From Octopus sinensis (taxonomy: Eukaryota), in assembly GCF_006345805.1 (NCBI RefSeq), contig NC_043004.1:83824001-83888000 (forward strand): DNA of 64,000 nucleotides. The letters are read 5' to 3'. A model generated the notes under the pieces. It was not told the origin of the DNA. It was given only the letters and a program-made list of their open reading frames with translations, and searched no databases. Position 1 is the first letter of the stretch. The number at the start of each line of letters is the position of its first letter. Shown piece after piece: positions 1 through 13,113 of the stretch. The translations under genes were made by a program, and so were the position numbers.

Positions 1-59
1 TCCTCTGTTTACCATTATCGAGATTGTTATCTAAATATATCTAACTGAACAGGGTCAAA

Positions 60-450
60 GTTCCCCAAATGTTCATTAATCTTAGTTTATTGTTGATATT
101 TGTGCTTTTAACCGTTGATATATTTCTGTTCCCATTATTTATAGTGTTTTATGAATGGAAAACTTTACAAATTACCTTAACTTTAGTTTCTTGAGAAATA
201 ACTAAAAATGTTTCTCAATTTTTACACCTAATCTAATTAAATGGTTTCTAAATACTGATAATACAATATGCCTTGATGCTAAAAATTTGTGCAGCCTTCA
301 GAATGTTTGTAAAGTTAGTGTGCAGTATGCACTCGGGTTAGTTGTGCTCAGAATAGGACCTCAGAGTTATCAAATTTGCTTTTTGTTATTCCTCGGGCAA
401 TAAATAACATATCAACCTTATACCAGATTCGATTAGGGTGATTTTGGTTT
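60..450 (-). pseudogene. Possible highly decayed Penelope-like element RT remnant
   Basis: Frameshifted minus-strand translation gives PLIESG-YKVDMLFIARGITKSKFDN (resembles PLE GLYRDDGL..), followed by a weak PF.K...N(Y)IN..S-like stretch; very degenerate. Confidence 0.25.
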
Positions 451-680
451 TTCGTCATTAATACATTGTGAAACATTGTGTTGACCACATAATTGCGTTA
501 GGAGTATATCCGATGTGGAATAATGAACCGTTTGTATATTAATGCCAAACGTTGGAATTTTTTTTCAAGAATGAGCGATAATGATCGAAACTTCATTTTA
601 CAGTTTTATATATTGCATTTTAAAAATGAAGCACACAGAAGGTCCAAATTAATACTTGAAATGGTGATGTTGTTGATATT

Positions 681-810
681 GAGGCTGTCGGCTGGTAGAA
701 TTCTTAGCACGCCGGAAAAATTCCTTACAGGCACTTCATCATTAGACACTAAGTTCAAATTCCACCAAATTTCTCTTTCTGGAATCGAAAAAATAATTAC
801 CAGTTAAGCA
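681..810 (+). mobile_element. Degenerate SINE family B fragment
   Basis: gaggctgtcggctggtagaattcttagcacgccggaaaaa...aagttcaaattccacc matches the head of the SINE-B copies at 59838 and 61279. Confidence 0.65.
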
Positions 811-1188
811 CTGGATTCGATATTGCCACGTCCCTTTTGCCAAATTTGAATCTGATTTGGGAGATTGTTCGTTCATTAATGTTGGTCTTATTGGAATTTA
901 ATTTTCATTTTGCTGAAGAAAGCGTATTGCCTTCTGCAGATATATGAAACGCTACAATGGATTCCAAGTAAGGCACAAAGCCAGTTTTTGGAGGAGAAAG
1001 ATAACTCGATACCATCGAGCGCAGTACTCGACAGGTATTTATTATACCGATCCCTGATATACATCACATGGGCCGAATTTGAAATGTGTGAAAGGGAACA
1101 AGTAATGCAAAGCAATTTGGTATTAGTTCAATATAGAGTGGAAGGATATTATACTTCACAAAACCAATATATATGTATGTATAAATAC

Positions 1189-1219
<31 letters not shown>

Positions 1220-2119
1220 ATATATGTAATTATAGCTTCATTTCCGAATACAGATTATTGACTGAGGTATACAAGGACCGTTCACATTGACGTTCACTGT
1301 TTCAAGTATTATTTAGTATCAAAGATTTTTTAATTTAAGAAGAGTAAATAATTGATGACACACTGATTTGCTGGAGGTGAAGCACCGATGCGGCAAGGAT
1401 GCGAAGATGGTTCTTAAATATTTAAACTCACTCCTACACATTAAAAGGGAACTAGCTTTTGAATATTCCATGTATCTTTAAATCTCAGAGATAATTAGGT
1501 GAGATGCACGCATTCAAAATTATGCATCAAATAATGTGCCTAATTAGGAAACCATTAATAAATTAAATGATATTAATATGATGCCTATCTTTTAGGCATA
1601 TTAAAGCTAAAGTTGAATAGTCGAAACTGACTCGTGTTTACATTGATTTCCGAATTGTACTTTCATAACCTATCAACTTTCTAAAGCTAAGATGTATAAT
1701 ATAAACATACCGATGTACACGAGTACCCCCAAATATCCTCCTGCTCTCTATCTTCACAACTACACATACACACACATGCAAACACACACACACACACACA
1801 CAGACAAACACACACACACATATATATATATCAGCTTCTATATACATAAGTATAAGATCATTATTTAAAATAGCGATCAAATCAAGTGGCAATATAGGAA
1901 GAAACAACCCTTATGGCATATAATAATTATTCAAATTACACATAAGATTATCTAAGAGATACCACCATGCTTGAAACAGAGCCAGAACCCCAGGGTCTGG
2001 AATTATACAATTTTTACTGATGTTATTTGTCTATTTGTCTTTTCATCTGTACTTTACTGAATACTTGATGTGGTTGTTGAGTCAGATTTTGACTGCTACT
2101 TCAAGCATGTAGGTATCTC

Positions 2120-2177
<58 letters not shown>

Positions 2178-2330
2178 ATGAACAGAAAATGAAGAAAAGT
2201 TTTGATCAACAAACAAATTGAGTACCATCGTAAAAATATTTTTTAATACAAAGCTTGAACATTGCGTACAGCCGCTTCTGTTGTCCATATCATTTCGGTG
2301 TCAGCAAGGAAAATTATGAGAATAATATTC

Positions 2331-2460
2331 ATGTCTGTGTGGTAAGAAGCTTGCTTCCCAACCAGATGGCTCCAAGTTCAGTACCACTGCTTGGCACCAT
2401 GGCCAAGTTAATGGCGGTGACCCAGCATGGCCACAGCTTGTGAGCTGAAACTAAATAAAA
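2331..2460 (+). mobile_element. Short SINE family A copy (head joined directly to tail)
   Basis: tRNA-like head gtctgtgtggtaagaagcttgcttcccaacc...gttcagtaccactg, then tail ggcggtgacccagcatggccacagc...ctgaaactaaataaaa; internal part absent compared with 12692-13113. Confidence 0.75.
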
Positions 2461-2574
2461 TATAAAATATTAAATATAGAAAATACCTTTATAGCACATC
2501 CGATCTAGTACATGGAGTTTCATCAGAGAGAGAGAGAAAACAAATACACAAGAAGAACGAACAGTGCCTCAAAA

Positions 2575-2612
<38 letters not shown>

Positions 2613-3831
2613 TATATATATACATTTATTTATGAATGTATACAACATTGGTGCAATTTGTTTTCTCCCCGAACTTATTTCTTTTAAATCACCTTAACAA
2701 TGCATGTATTTGATAAGAAATTTGAAGGCAATAAAGTTTTGCAGATTTATATGTCATTCATTTTGACATTGCTATTATATCTATTTTTATTATTGTTTGC
2801 TTATTAAAATACCATGTCCATATTACTGCAAGAGTTAAATGTGTTCCTCGTGATCATTTTAAAGTAAAACATTTTTTATACTATACAGATAAATAGCATT
2901 TAATAAAACCATACGACGTGGAGTTATAACATATATAGAAAAGATCTCTGTTTACCTTTAATATATTGCAATACGAATCTAAACTCTTGAAATTATTGTA
3001 TTTATTCGCTTTGTCTTTGGTTGGTTAAACTAAACCACAGAATGCATTTGTAACTAGACATCACGGTTTCATTATGAAAAGGTATCACAGCATTCAGGAT
3101 AAATCATAGAGTGGATTCTGAAATTTCATAATCGTGAATATGTTCTTAAATGAATTAGAAAATGTAGAATGTATCAACATTCGCATTTAGACAGGATATC
3201 TACTCAAACTTGTATGAACATTCTGTATAAATCGAAATAAAACAGGCAAACAAATTAAACCTCAGAGAATAGAATATATCAGTTGGATACATATCGAAGG
3301 ATATATTGATTTGCACGAACAACCATGATATTCACTCAAAGGCATCCACATATATTGTGTTGTAATGTTTACCTACATTTTATTAGAATAGATTTACCCC
3401 TATTTTCATTTTGTCGTAAGTAGGACAATGACCCCGGTTTCATTGTCCGAGTCGTGAAGGTCAATATTACGTCCTTGTTTTATGTCGCAAAAAAACGCCT
3501 TTTTTCTTTTATTGCTTTTTTTCCACCATTTTAACAATCGATAGTTTACAAATTGAAAAAAGTAAACGTTTCCATGGTATTGTTGTCACCATATAATTGC
3601 ATTTTTAAATGTATGTAAGGTAATTGTATATCTTTTGTGAGATATAAGAACAAGGCTGGGATTTTATAAATATGATATTATTTTATATTATTACTCTATT
3701 ATATACGTATTCATAAACACACAGAGACATATGTGCATCTATATTTGGAAGGTATCCACATTTTTATACGCACATAAGTAACTAAATGTATGCATATATC
3801 TATATGAAAATGTATACATGTGTACAGATGC

Positions 3832-3865
<34 letters not shown>

Positions 3866-4011
3866 ATATATATATATATATGAGTGTATATATATATATA
3901 GCTAATCTGTGTATCTCTTTATTTATCTATATATCTATCTATCTATATATATATATATGTGTGTGTGTATGTGGCTATCTATCCATCTATCTATCTATAT
4001 ATCTATCAAAA

Positions 4012-4790
4012 AGAGGCCGAGGATGGGCGAATGGCACCGCGAGTGTCGCGTAGCTCTCAAGCAACTATGCCGTCCCGGGTTGACCTTGAGCGACTTCAAC
4101 ACAGCCAAAGCATTCTATAGCGGATTAGTGGAGGGGAGGTACGACGACGAGCTCGGGGCAAACCTCGGCTTCGACGAAGAATACCTGACCTGCCTGTTCA
4201 GGACAACTTTCGAGCTAGGACCTACGAACAACTTCCAGAGATCCCTGGCCTGGCGGTGCTACCGAGAAGCGCTACCCGTTAGGGATAAGCTCTATAGGCA
4301 TGGCTCGAGAAACAAGGGACCGACCTGCCCGAGATGCGGTCAGAGTGACGAAACGGTCCTGCACGTACTTGTGCAGCGTCCAAATATTTCCGACCTGTGG
4401 GCCTATGTCGAACGACTGCTATTGCGTGCGGGACGAGTCGGTTGATCAACCGAGTGTATCGTGAATATTGCCGCGCCTCCTTCTTTGAAACGGAAAAGAA
4501 GAGCTATTTTCATCGTACTTATGGCTATGGCAAAAGAATGTGTATGGTGGATGCGTCTGAAAGGTCTAGAGACAAACGATTTTCTCTCTGGTCAATCTCT
4601 CATCAACTTCGAGTATCACTTGAAGAGGAAGATGAGAGTAGAGAGGGGAGTTTTGTCTAGTGAATGATTAAAAAAAAAATGGGTGAATGTAACAAGGATG
4701 GTACATGAGAGTGACGGATCCCCCTTGAGCATAATCCTATGAACCAGAAAAAGAAAGCAAAAAAAGAGAATCACTTGTGTCTTTTGCATG
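4012..4790 (+). pseudogene. L1/Tx1-clade LINE ORF2 C-terminal fragment (zf-RVT/CCHC region), 5'-truncated, with stops
   Basis: LAWRCYREALPVRDKLYRHG..CPRCGQSDETVLHVLVQ(R)P..LWAYV; ORFs 3909..4445 and 4461..4667 are in the same frame separated by a TGA; GC-rich island starting abruptly after a microsatellite. Confidence 0.85.
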
Positions 4791-6820
4791 ACATTATTGC
4801 CCAAGGTTATGTATATATATAGAGAGAGGGAGAGATTGATAGATAGATAAAAACATACATACCTACATAGAATTGTGTGTGGGAGGGGTTTTCTTGTGTG
4901 TTTGTTACATACTTTAGAAATCCAGGATATTTATGCACATATGAAAACCAGATATATGGACAGATAAAAGTATTCCAATTTTCAATGCCCCACTTAAGAC
5001 ATATAAAAATTATTTAGAGAAGTATCTTTGGAGTGTTAAAGAAAACGTAGCATTTTTATTTTAAGTTTTTAATATTGATTTCAGACGTTGCAAACATTTG
5101 TGTAAATGCCAAATTTAACGCATTTTTACGAAGTTTACAAAAGTACATTTTTTTAGAATTTGAAATAAAGCCAATAAAAGAAATATAATATATTAAATAT
5201 AATTTGATATAATATAATATAAAATAATATTACATGTGTATCTATATTTGTGTGTTTATGTGTGCGTGTCTGACTACGTGTTTATGTGTGTTTATGTGTG
5301 TGTATAGGATCGTACATATATACGAATAGTTGTATATGTATGTATAAACACAGTAAAAATCCTTGGAAATTTGTCTAAACTATTTAGCATACTTTAGAAA
5401 TGTAAATATCTTAATTTACTTTTAAGTTTCTGAAATTAGATGTGGAAAAATATGTATTGCTTTTTTCATAGCTTCTTTCGGATTATTTTACATTTTTCGG
5501 GGTCAAGTCCTTCGGATAATTATCATTTCAGGTCATTTTCCCTTCATATATTTATGATGTTATGCTACTGTTTTGGCGGGTATATGTGGGGATTTATGAT
5601 ATCTTGTTTTCTGCTGCTAGTTAAATTTGTTATAGTCTCCAATTTTTTTACACTAAGAGAACTGGTTATACAAATATTAACACCTAACTATGGAGACAAA
5701 CATTTCCTTTCTGAAAATTTAGAAGTTTGCGTGGTACATTTTAGAATCATGGACCTGTGAAATTCTTGTAGTATCTGCTTTTTGTTCCTCTAGGTTTTAT
5801 AAGCAGTCGAATGTGCGCCGTGTTGTTTTTCTGGTTTGGTTAGTGAGTTGGAAGACCTTTAATTCAGGCTTTCACGCGAGACGATACTCGTATTGCTTTG
5901 AGAAATTGGGGATATCACGAGGAAATGAATAAACAGTAATATCGAATGTCCAAATATCACGAAAAGCTACGTCCATACTGAACACGTTCCCGATTTTACT
6001 ACAAAGTGTCTTCTAGCCACATGTCTACATCGCAACCAATATATTTGAAGGTGACACCATCAAATATTCTTCTATCCTAAATAAAAGCTAAGGCAGCAAA
6101 AGGCCTGTTGTGTCATGTAAAATCTGGCCTAGGGATATCGCCCCGCACCCGTTTTTAACGAGTATATTTTTAATGATACATGCACAGCACCTGTGAAGAA
6201 AAAATTCAGTTTCTCTCTCTCTCTCTCTCTCTTGCCGGAGTGAAACGAAAAAATGCGTCGTTGCCTTGGCACATCACATGTATGTCACTTCCCTCGTCAT
6301 GTGTGACTTTTTGAGAGTGCGGTATCCGGAGATTGACATCTGGACAGGCACTGCAAAAATTTAAATACCTTTGTGCTATATATAACATATTTGGGAATTT
6401 GGGTATTCATGATATTTACAACCGTAAACAAATGTTTGTTTTCTTCTCTGGCGAACGACTTCCATGTATATTCGTGGCTATGGTGTTTCTAAACCTGTTG
6501 TTTGTCTACCTTCTCCTTTTTCGGAAAATTTTCCTGACATATCGTTGCGTGTCAATTGATATATTTAATGAATATACTTAGCTATATTAGATATATTAAT
6601 ATATTTACGATTGCTCGTTTTGATTTTCAGAAGTTAATTTCTTTTAGGAGAGTATACGCATCCAGAAGTGACATAACAACTACATTCCAAAGGAAAACGA
6701 AAATTTCTCTTAGATTGTAATATTGATAAATATGATAAAAGTGTCTAGTACTGTTCTTTGGACAGAGTGAAACAATAAATGAAAATAATTTCCTTCAGGA
6801 ACATTTAAAAATAGGTATAG

Positions 6821-7144
6821 GAGCACTCCGTCTGTTACGACGACGAGGGTCCCATCCGATACAATCAACGGAACATCTTGCTCGTGAAATTAACGTGCAA
6901 GTGACTGAGCAATCCACAGACTCGCGTACCCCTAACGCAGTTCTCATGGAGATTCAGCGTGACGCAGAGTGTAACAAGGCTGTCTCTTTGAAATAGAAGT
7001 AAAACTCATTTTTGCTAGCTGGGTAGACTGGAGCAACGTGAAATAAAATGTCTTGCTCAAGGACACAACGCGTCGTCAGGAATTGAGCTCACGACCTTAC
7101 CAACGCGAGCCGAATGCCCTAACCACTAAGCCACGGGGCTTCAC
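6821..7144 (-). mobile_element. tRNA-derived SINE family C
   Basis: Minus strand starts gtgaagccccgtggcttagtggttagggcattcggctc (A box), has gtgagctcaattcct (B-box-like), then tgtgtccttgagcaagacatttt central domain. Confidence 0.8.
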
Positions 7145-7299
7145 ATTTGAAAATAATGTAGAAAAGCTGATAGAAATGCTTTTCACGTATGAATGAAATA
7201 CTCAAAGCGGCGACGACGACGACGACGACGACGATAGTTGTGATGATGTTCATGATGATTATGTAATACCAATAACAATAGCAGCACATCAATATATGT

Positions 7300-7500
7300 C
7301 TGAAAGATAGTTACAAAGGCAGCAGCTTTGAGTGGATGGTCACGTGGATGGCACACGACAGATCACAGTTAATATGTCATCCTATTGAGGACGGAGTGGC
7401 CACCGCCATTGACATGACGACAGTGTGAAGCCCGCAATATCCTAGCCATGAGACGTCGGTCTGAAATCTCGTTAAGAAATTACTGAGACAAAGTATGTGG
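7300..7500 (+). pseudogene. Possible RTE-like LINE C-terminal remnant
   Basis: Frameshifted translation resembles the RTE L.W.GHV.R...GR..G.P..TW.D.V motif (ttgagtggatggtcacgtgg...ggacggagtggccaccgccattgacatgacgacagtgtg). Confidence 0.35.
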
Positions 7501-8586
7501 ATTAATCATGATGGATGTAGTTCGGTGATATTGGAGTTAATATAAAGTGAGATATGCCGGTGCCTTATTATGAAGAAGGCTTCTGATAATTAGCAATTAA
7601 AACATACATAAGAATTTTATCTCATTCGGATGGTGACATCGTGTCCTATATCATTGCAGTTATTATTGGAGTTGTTCTAGTTTTTGGTTTTATGTTATTG
7701 TGTTCGTTCGTGTTATTTTATTTTTATTGCCTTGTCAATTTTGCTGTTTCGTATTCTTTGCAATGTTGTTCTTTTTTTGCTTTTAATATTCTTTTCGTTT
7801 CTGTGTAGGCCTTCGCTATACAAATCTTAGTGTTTGTAAATTCATACAGTTTTCTCCTTTCCTCTTTGCACTAACTAATTTCGGGACATTTGCTCTACCC
7901 TCTCCAATATCTAACTCATGCTCGTAGATATCAGCCCTCACCTCATTCGATTATCAGCTCATACAATCTCCGAATCGAAACTAATATATGATGCATCGAA
8001 CATCCTCCACTATTAGCAAGTGGTTCTAGAGTAACGAACACATTCTATGCATCTGGTATTTCTAACAACGCTTTGTCTCTGATCTGGTTCCTGTTCGCTA
8101 AAGCTTAGATGAACAAAGATTTTTGCCATCGTATTACACATAGCGCAGAATTAAATCTTGTAACTTACATAATACTGCGCATGTTATTCAGACATTTAGC
8201 CCGTAAATATAGATGGCCGTTATTTCCTCGTGTTCTCTATCCCAGGACAAGAAACTGGAGCGAAGATGTTTATTCATGGATATTTCAATTCATATTACAT
8301 TCGGGATCTCTAGTAGTGAGTTACCGGTAGGAATTCACATAAATCTATTTGATCGTAGTTCATTTAAATGAATAACAACAACGATACTCTTATTTGTTGA
8401 ATGCATTATCGTGACAGGATTACATCAGCCAGTTTCTAAACGTGACGATTATAAACGGCAGCACCTCCAAACATATTGATTTCGAATTCTGACAGAAGAT
8501 GTTGAAAGGATGAAAGGCAAAATGAACCTCGGCGGGATTTTAACTGAGAATGTAATGACAGACGAAATACCACTAAGCATGCATGT

Positions 8587-8651
<65 letters not shown>

Positions 8652-8653
<2 letters not shown>

Positions 8654-8884
8654 TTCTTTATTGCCCACAACGGGCTAAACACAGAGGGGAACAAACAAGG
8701 ACAGACAAAGGGATTAATTCGATTACATCGATCCAGTGCGAAACTGGTACGTTATTTATCGACCCCGAAAGGATGAAAGACAAAGTCGACCTCAGTGGAA
8801 TTTGAACTCAGAACATAACGGCAGACGAAATACAGCTACGCATTTCGCCCGGCGTGCTAACGATTCTGCCAGCTCACCGCCTTG
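8652..8884 (-). mobile_element. SINE family B, full-length, preceded by a partial copy at 8500-8580
   Basis: Head aaggcggtgagctggcagaatcgttagcacgccgggcgaaatg, B box gttctgagttcaaattcc, central gtcgactttgtctttcatcctttcggggtcgataaa, tail gggcaataaagaaat; TSD-like tgcaYgtccatata on both sides. Confidence 0.9.
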
Positions 8885-9558
8885 CACGTCCATATATATA
8901 TATTTAAATTAAATCTAATCCCACGGTGATTAATAGTCTGACCACTGCAATGTATGGTGGATGTTAGGAGAGGAAAGTTCAATGTTATATTCTGCTTTTC
9001 TACAGACAGTTTATAAAATTCAGTCCTTACATTAAACAATGTAAAAAAGTCTCATTCCTATACCTGTAGTACTAGATAACAGTGGGGAACCACAATTCGA
9101 TTTGTGTTTTACGTGTTACTATTTTCGGATGTATGTATTGACTACATATGAAAGAATATGGAGCATAGCGGTAAAGACCCTTATATTAAATTCACGGTGA
9201 TAACCGCGTCGAATCCTTTTACATAATCTAAATCCATACTTGTATAATTTGTTTTTCCATGACAACAATGGAATAACCATTACGAAAAAGAATTCTCCAG
9301 ACAGCTTCGATGGGATAAGAATGCTTATTTGAAACAATACTCAAGTACTTACACCGATGGTTTGGAAATGTGAAGTGTTGCAGTATGCACTGTTTCTCAC
9401 GCAGGAAAAATTGGCACTTGTGACATAGAGGCATATATGGAAGACTTTTATGAATTTTTTTTTAAATTATGCATTTAGATCGATAAGAAAAATTTGTTTA
9501 TCATATTTTATATATTTGAAGTTTAACCTATGTAATGCTCATGTGTGTGCGTGTGTGG

Positions 9559-9627
<69 letters not shown>

Positions 9628-10704
9628 CGTGTGTGTGTGTGTATGTGTGTATGCGTGTGTGTGTGTATGTATGTGTGTGTGTAATATTATATAAATGCGT
9701 TTGAATCTCTGTGAATATGTTTGTGTAGATACCTACATACCTACATACATATTTCTTGCCAATGTCTCAGTGTGTATTCTTTTATTTGAGGAAAACAAAC
9801 ACGTTTGAATTATTTCACTATAATGTATGTTTTTTACATCTATTCCTAAGCGTCTGGTTTGTTATATTCCGAAAAGCGAATAACATTTTGGCAAGTTATT
9901 GAAAATAACTCATATTCAAGCTTCAAACTATACACATCAAAAACATTTGTTCATAAGTAAATCTACTTCCTTTAAATTTTCTTCTTTTCAAATATTCAGT
10001 TGAAACGAAAATTCATGTAGTTTCTTTTCCATACAATTGAAGCCATGCTTTCTCACACACTTCGTCTGTGATGTTTTATTTCCTTCACAGCATCCGTTGC
10101 TATAGAAATTAATGTGTATGTTTATATGGACTGTGTTTAACTTAAGCACCTATTCAGAAATATCTCTATTTAATAACTATTTAACACCAGCACATTCAAC
10201 CAAAAATATATACACAGAAACACGCATAGATGCAAATGTGCACGGACTAACTTACAAATAGATCCGTGAAATTTTCGCTACATAACATTACATAGTATTA
10301 TGAACAACATGACGCTAGAAACAAAATATTTTCAGATTTTGTTTGGCTTAGAAAATTGACACGTTTCATTTGGAATGTTTTCTACAAACGACTTGATTAA
10401 GAAATCAGACAGCGATTGCATAGAATCCTAAGAGTACAAACCAACTTCGAAGGATACACAGAAATAAGTAATTCAACATTTAATTTTTTTTACTGCGGAC
10501 GCGTGTGAAAATTCGCATTGTGATGAAATTTGGCATTTCATATGCAACTGTGTACCCCACCACATGAACACGCTTCAAGTTATTTTGATTAGAATATAAA
10601 TATAAAGGTTAGAATATAAATATAAACGTTTGAACATGGTTGAAAAAACCTTGTATGCCAACATTCTTTTCTTTCCAAGCTGTAAAGTATGAATGCGTTC
10701 GTCT

Positions 10705-10860
10705 AAACGTTCTGAGTTCAAATTCCGCCGAGGTCGAATTTGCCATTCAACCTTTCCGGATCGATAAAATAAGAAGCAGTTGAGTTTTAGAGTGGATGTA
10801 ATCAAATTCCTTCCTTCCTACAAAGTTGCTGGCCTTGTGCCAAGATTTGAAGTCAATGTA
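10705..10860 (+). mobile_element. SINE family B with alternative tail
   Basis: cgttctgagttcaaattccgccgaggtcg...ggccttgtgccaagatttgaa; same tail type as 59838-60058. Confidence 0.75.
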
Positions 10861-11560
10861 AAGGGACATTATCGAGTTCAGTAATTTTTTTTTTATTTCA
10901 TGTGAATCTATTGCGTCTGCAATACCATAGATATGTGCCGTAGACTTTACGAAGAATAGGAAAAACTGTTTGTTGTATATCTATAGCTCTTCTGTATCAG
11001 TTAATTATGAAATGATTGCAGTTTATTCATTCACAGCATCGTGTGTTGTGTCTCCCTTGAAATCCTATTTCTAGCTAGAGAGAATGAGTCGAGGAATATA
11101 ACATCATACTTTTATTTACAGACGCTAGGATACGCTTTCTAAATACTCTTACATTCTCAATATATGTCTAATTGCTTCGGCTTCAAGAAACATTTCCATG
11201 AAACTAAGATAATGAACAGAAAAACCTACTGGTGTATACGGGTAAACAAGATCACAAACAGACATGCGTACGCCAAAAACATCATACGGGAAGTTCTCCA
11301 TAAAAATTTGAATATTGACTTTGTATTGAAAAACGCATTCACTGAAAAGACTAAGGAATAAAAAGTGAACGAAAGCATAACATTCAAAACATATTTCCTA
11401 TAGTAAAGGCAACGAGAAAATTTGAAATTTCGATCCTGAAATTGGAAGACACTACCATGCGTTGACTGTGAAACCAAAGCGCATTAAATACAAAATATTT
11501 TTGTCTCAAACTAAAAGCACTCAATATATATAAATTGCTTTCCGTATAATTGCTAAATGT
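10795..11560 (+). repeat. Local segmental duplication, copy 1
   Basis: Colinear with 15824-16597 (e.g. tgaatctattgcgtct, catagatatgtgccgta, cagacatgcgtac, gggaagttctccataaaaa, aactaaaagcactcaatat). Confidence 0.85.
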
Positions 11561-12334
11561 GACAAGTTTCTCCGCCGCTCAGATTCAATCTAACATCTTG
11601 TTTAGTATATTCCATTCTCGCGTAGCATTAAAAGGCTTCAGCACTTTATATTAGGCTCTCTGTTATTTCCGAACATATTACTGTAGATGGCTATAATTTT
11701 TTTAATGTATTTTTTACAAGTTACTAAATGAATAGACTAAAGGAATATGAAACTTAACGATTCAAAATGTTCTGCAAAAGAATGTGGAATTGCAGATGAA
11801 TATACGATAATATGAAACATATATTTAGATGCCTAAGCTCCAGATTATTTAGAATTTATCAACTTTTCCATGCATACAATCTTCTGTGCATGAATTTCGA
11901 AAACTAATACAAATTGCATTCTAAACCGTGTTCACTATTTCTCAGTGTAAAGCAATTTCTCAATGTAAACATCAAAACAAATTCAATTATCGTGCTGTTT
12001 TGAACAACATCGTCAAATTGCTTCTTTCGTTCGCTTGGTAACACTCATGCTAATGAATAATTCCATAAAAGGAAGGAATTATTATTATAACCGTGTTTTG
12101 GTAAATATTCTCGCAGCAAACTATTTAGAGTACTTATCTCTGTACGTTACCAGTTGTCTGACGCTATCAAAGTATCAAAATTTTAATTCAGCTGGATTAT
12201 TTCATAAAACAGGTAGCATATGGCAGCTCCTACAATATGTGATATGTTTTTCTTTTCGTTTTCTTTTTGTCTTATATCAAATTAAATTTCTTTCGGGATT
12301 AAAAAAAAACAAAAAAACAAAACAAATGAAAACA

Positions 12335-12572
12335 TCTACTTTGACTTATAGACGCCAAGAGAAACTCATTTATTTTCTAAATATTTTTAAGAAAGTTTAA
12401 ATTATGTTTCGGCTTCAATAACCATATTCAAAGAAAATATATATCAGTAATAAGCTACAGGTGTATACAGGTAAAAAGGAATCAAAACGGACATGCGTAT
12501 GCTAAAAGCATTCTCCATAAAAAATTTTGATGTTGTCAAAAAGGCATTTACCGACGAGATTAAGGAATATAG
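12335..12572 (+). repeat. Local segmental duplication, partial copy 2
   Basis: acttatagac..., cggcttcaa, ggtgtatacag, gacatgcgta, ttctccataaaaa and gcatttaccgacgag are shared with copies 1 and 3. Confidence 0.75.
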
Positions 12573-12691
12573 GACGTCACATAAATCCACAAAGATATCG
12601 ATTTAGTTTTAACCAGGATTTGATGTTAGTATAGCGCATATGGAATTTGTCAGATCCACAGTTATCTTTTGCACTAAAACTTATGATCTTA

Positions 12692-12856
12692 TAGACGCAG
12701 GTGTGGCTGTGTGGTAAGTAGCTTTCTTACCAACCACATGGTTCCGGGTTCAGTCCCACTGCGTGGCATGTTGGGCAAGTGTCTTCTACTATAGCCTCGG
12801 GCCGACCAAAGCCTTGTGAGTGGATTTGGTAGACGGAAACTGAAAGAAGACCCTCG

Positions 12857-12903
<47 letters not shown>

Positions 12904-13113
12904 ATGTTTGTGTGTCTGTGTTTGTCCCCCTAGCATTGCTTGACAACCGATGCTTGTGTGTTTATGTCGCCGTCACTTAGCGGTTCGGCAAAAGAGACCG
13001 ATAGAATAAGTACTGGGCTTAGAAAGAATAAGTCCTGGGGTCGATTTGCTCGACTAAAGGTGGTGCTTCAGTATGGCCGCAGTCAAATGACTGAAACAAA
13101 TAAAAGAATAAAA
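12692..13113 (+). mobile_element. SINE family A (Octopus-SINE-like), full-length, with internal (TA)n(TG)n
   Basis: gtggctgtgtggtaag A box, ggttccgggttcagtcccactgcg B box, internal microsatellite, tail ggtggtgcttcagtatggccgcagtcaaatgactgaaacaaataaaag. Confidence 0.92.

Noticed and set aside
3423-3448. Perfect 9-bp hairpin ggacaatga/tcattgtcc
   Set aside because: Isolated, with no supporting context; plausible by chance.
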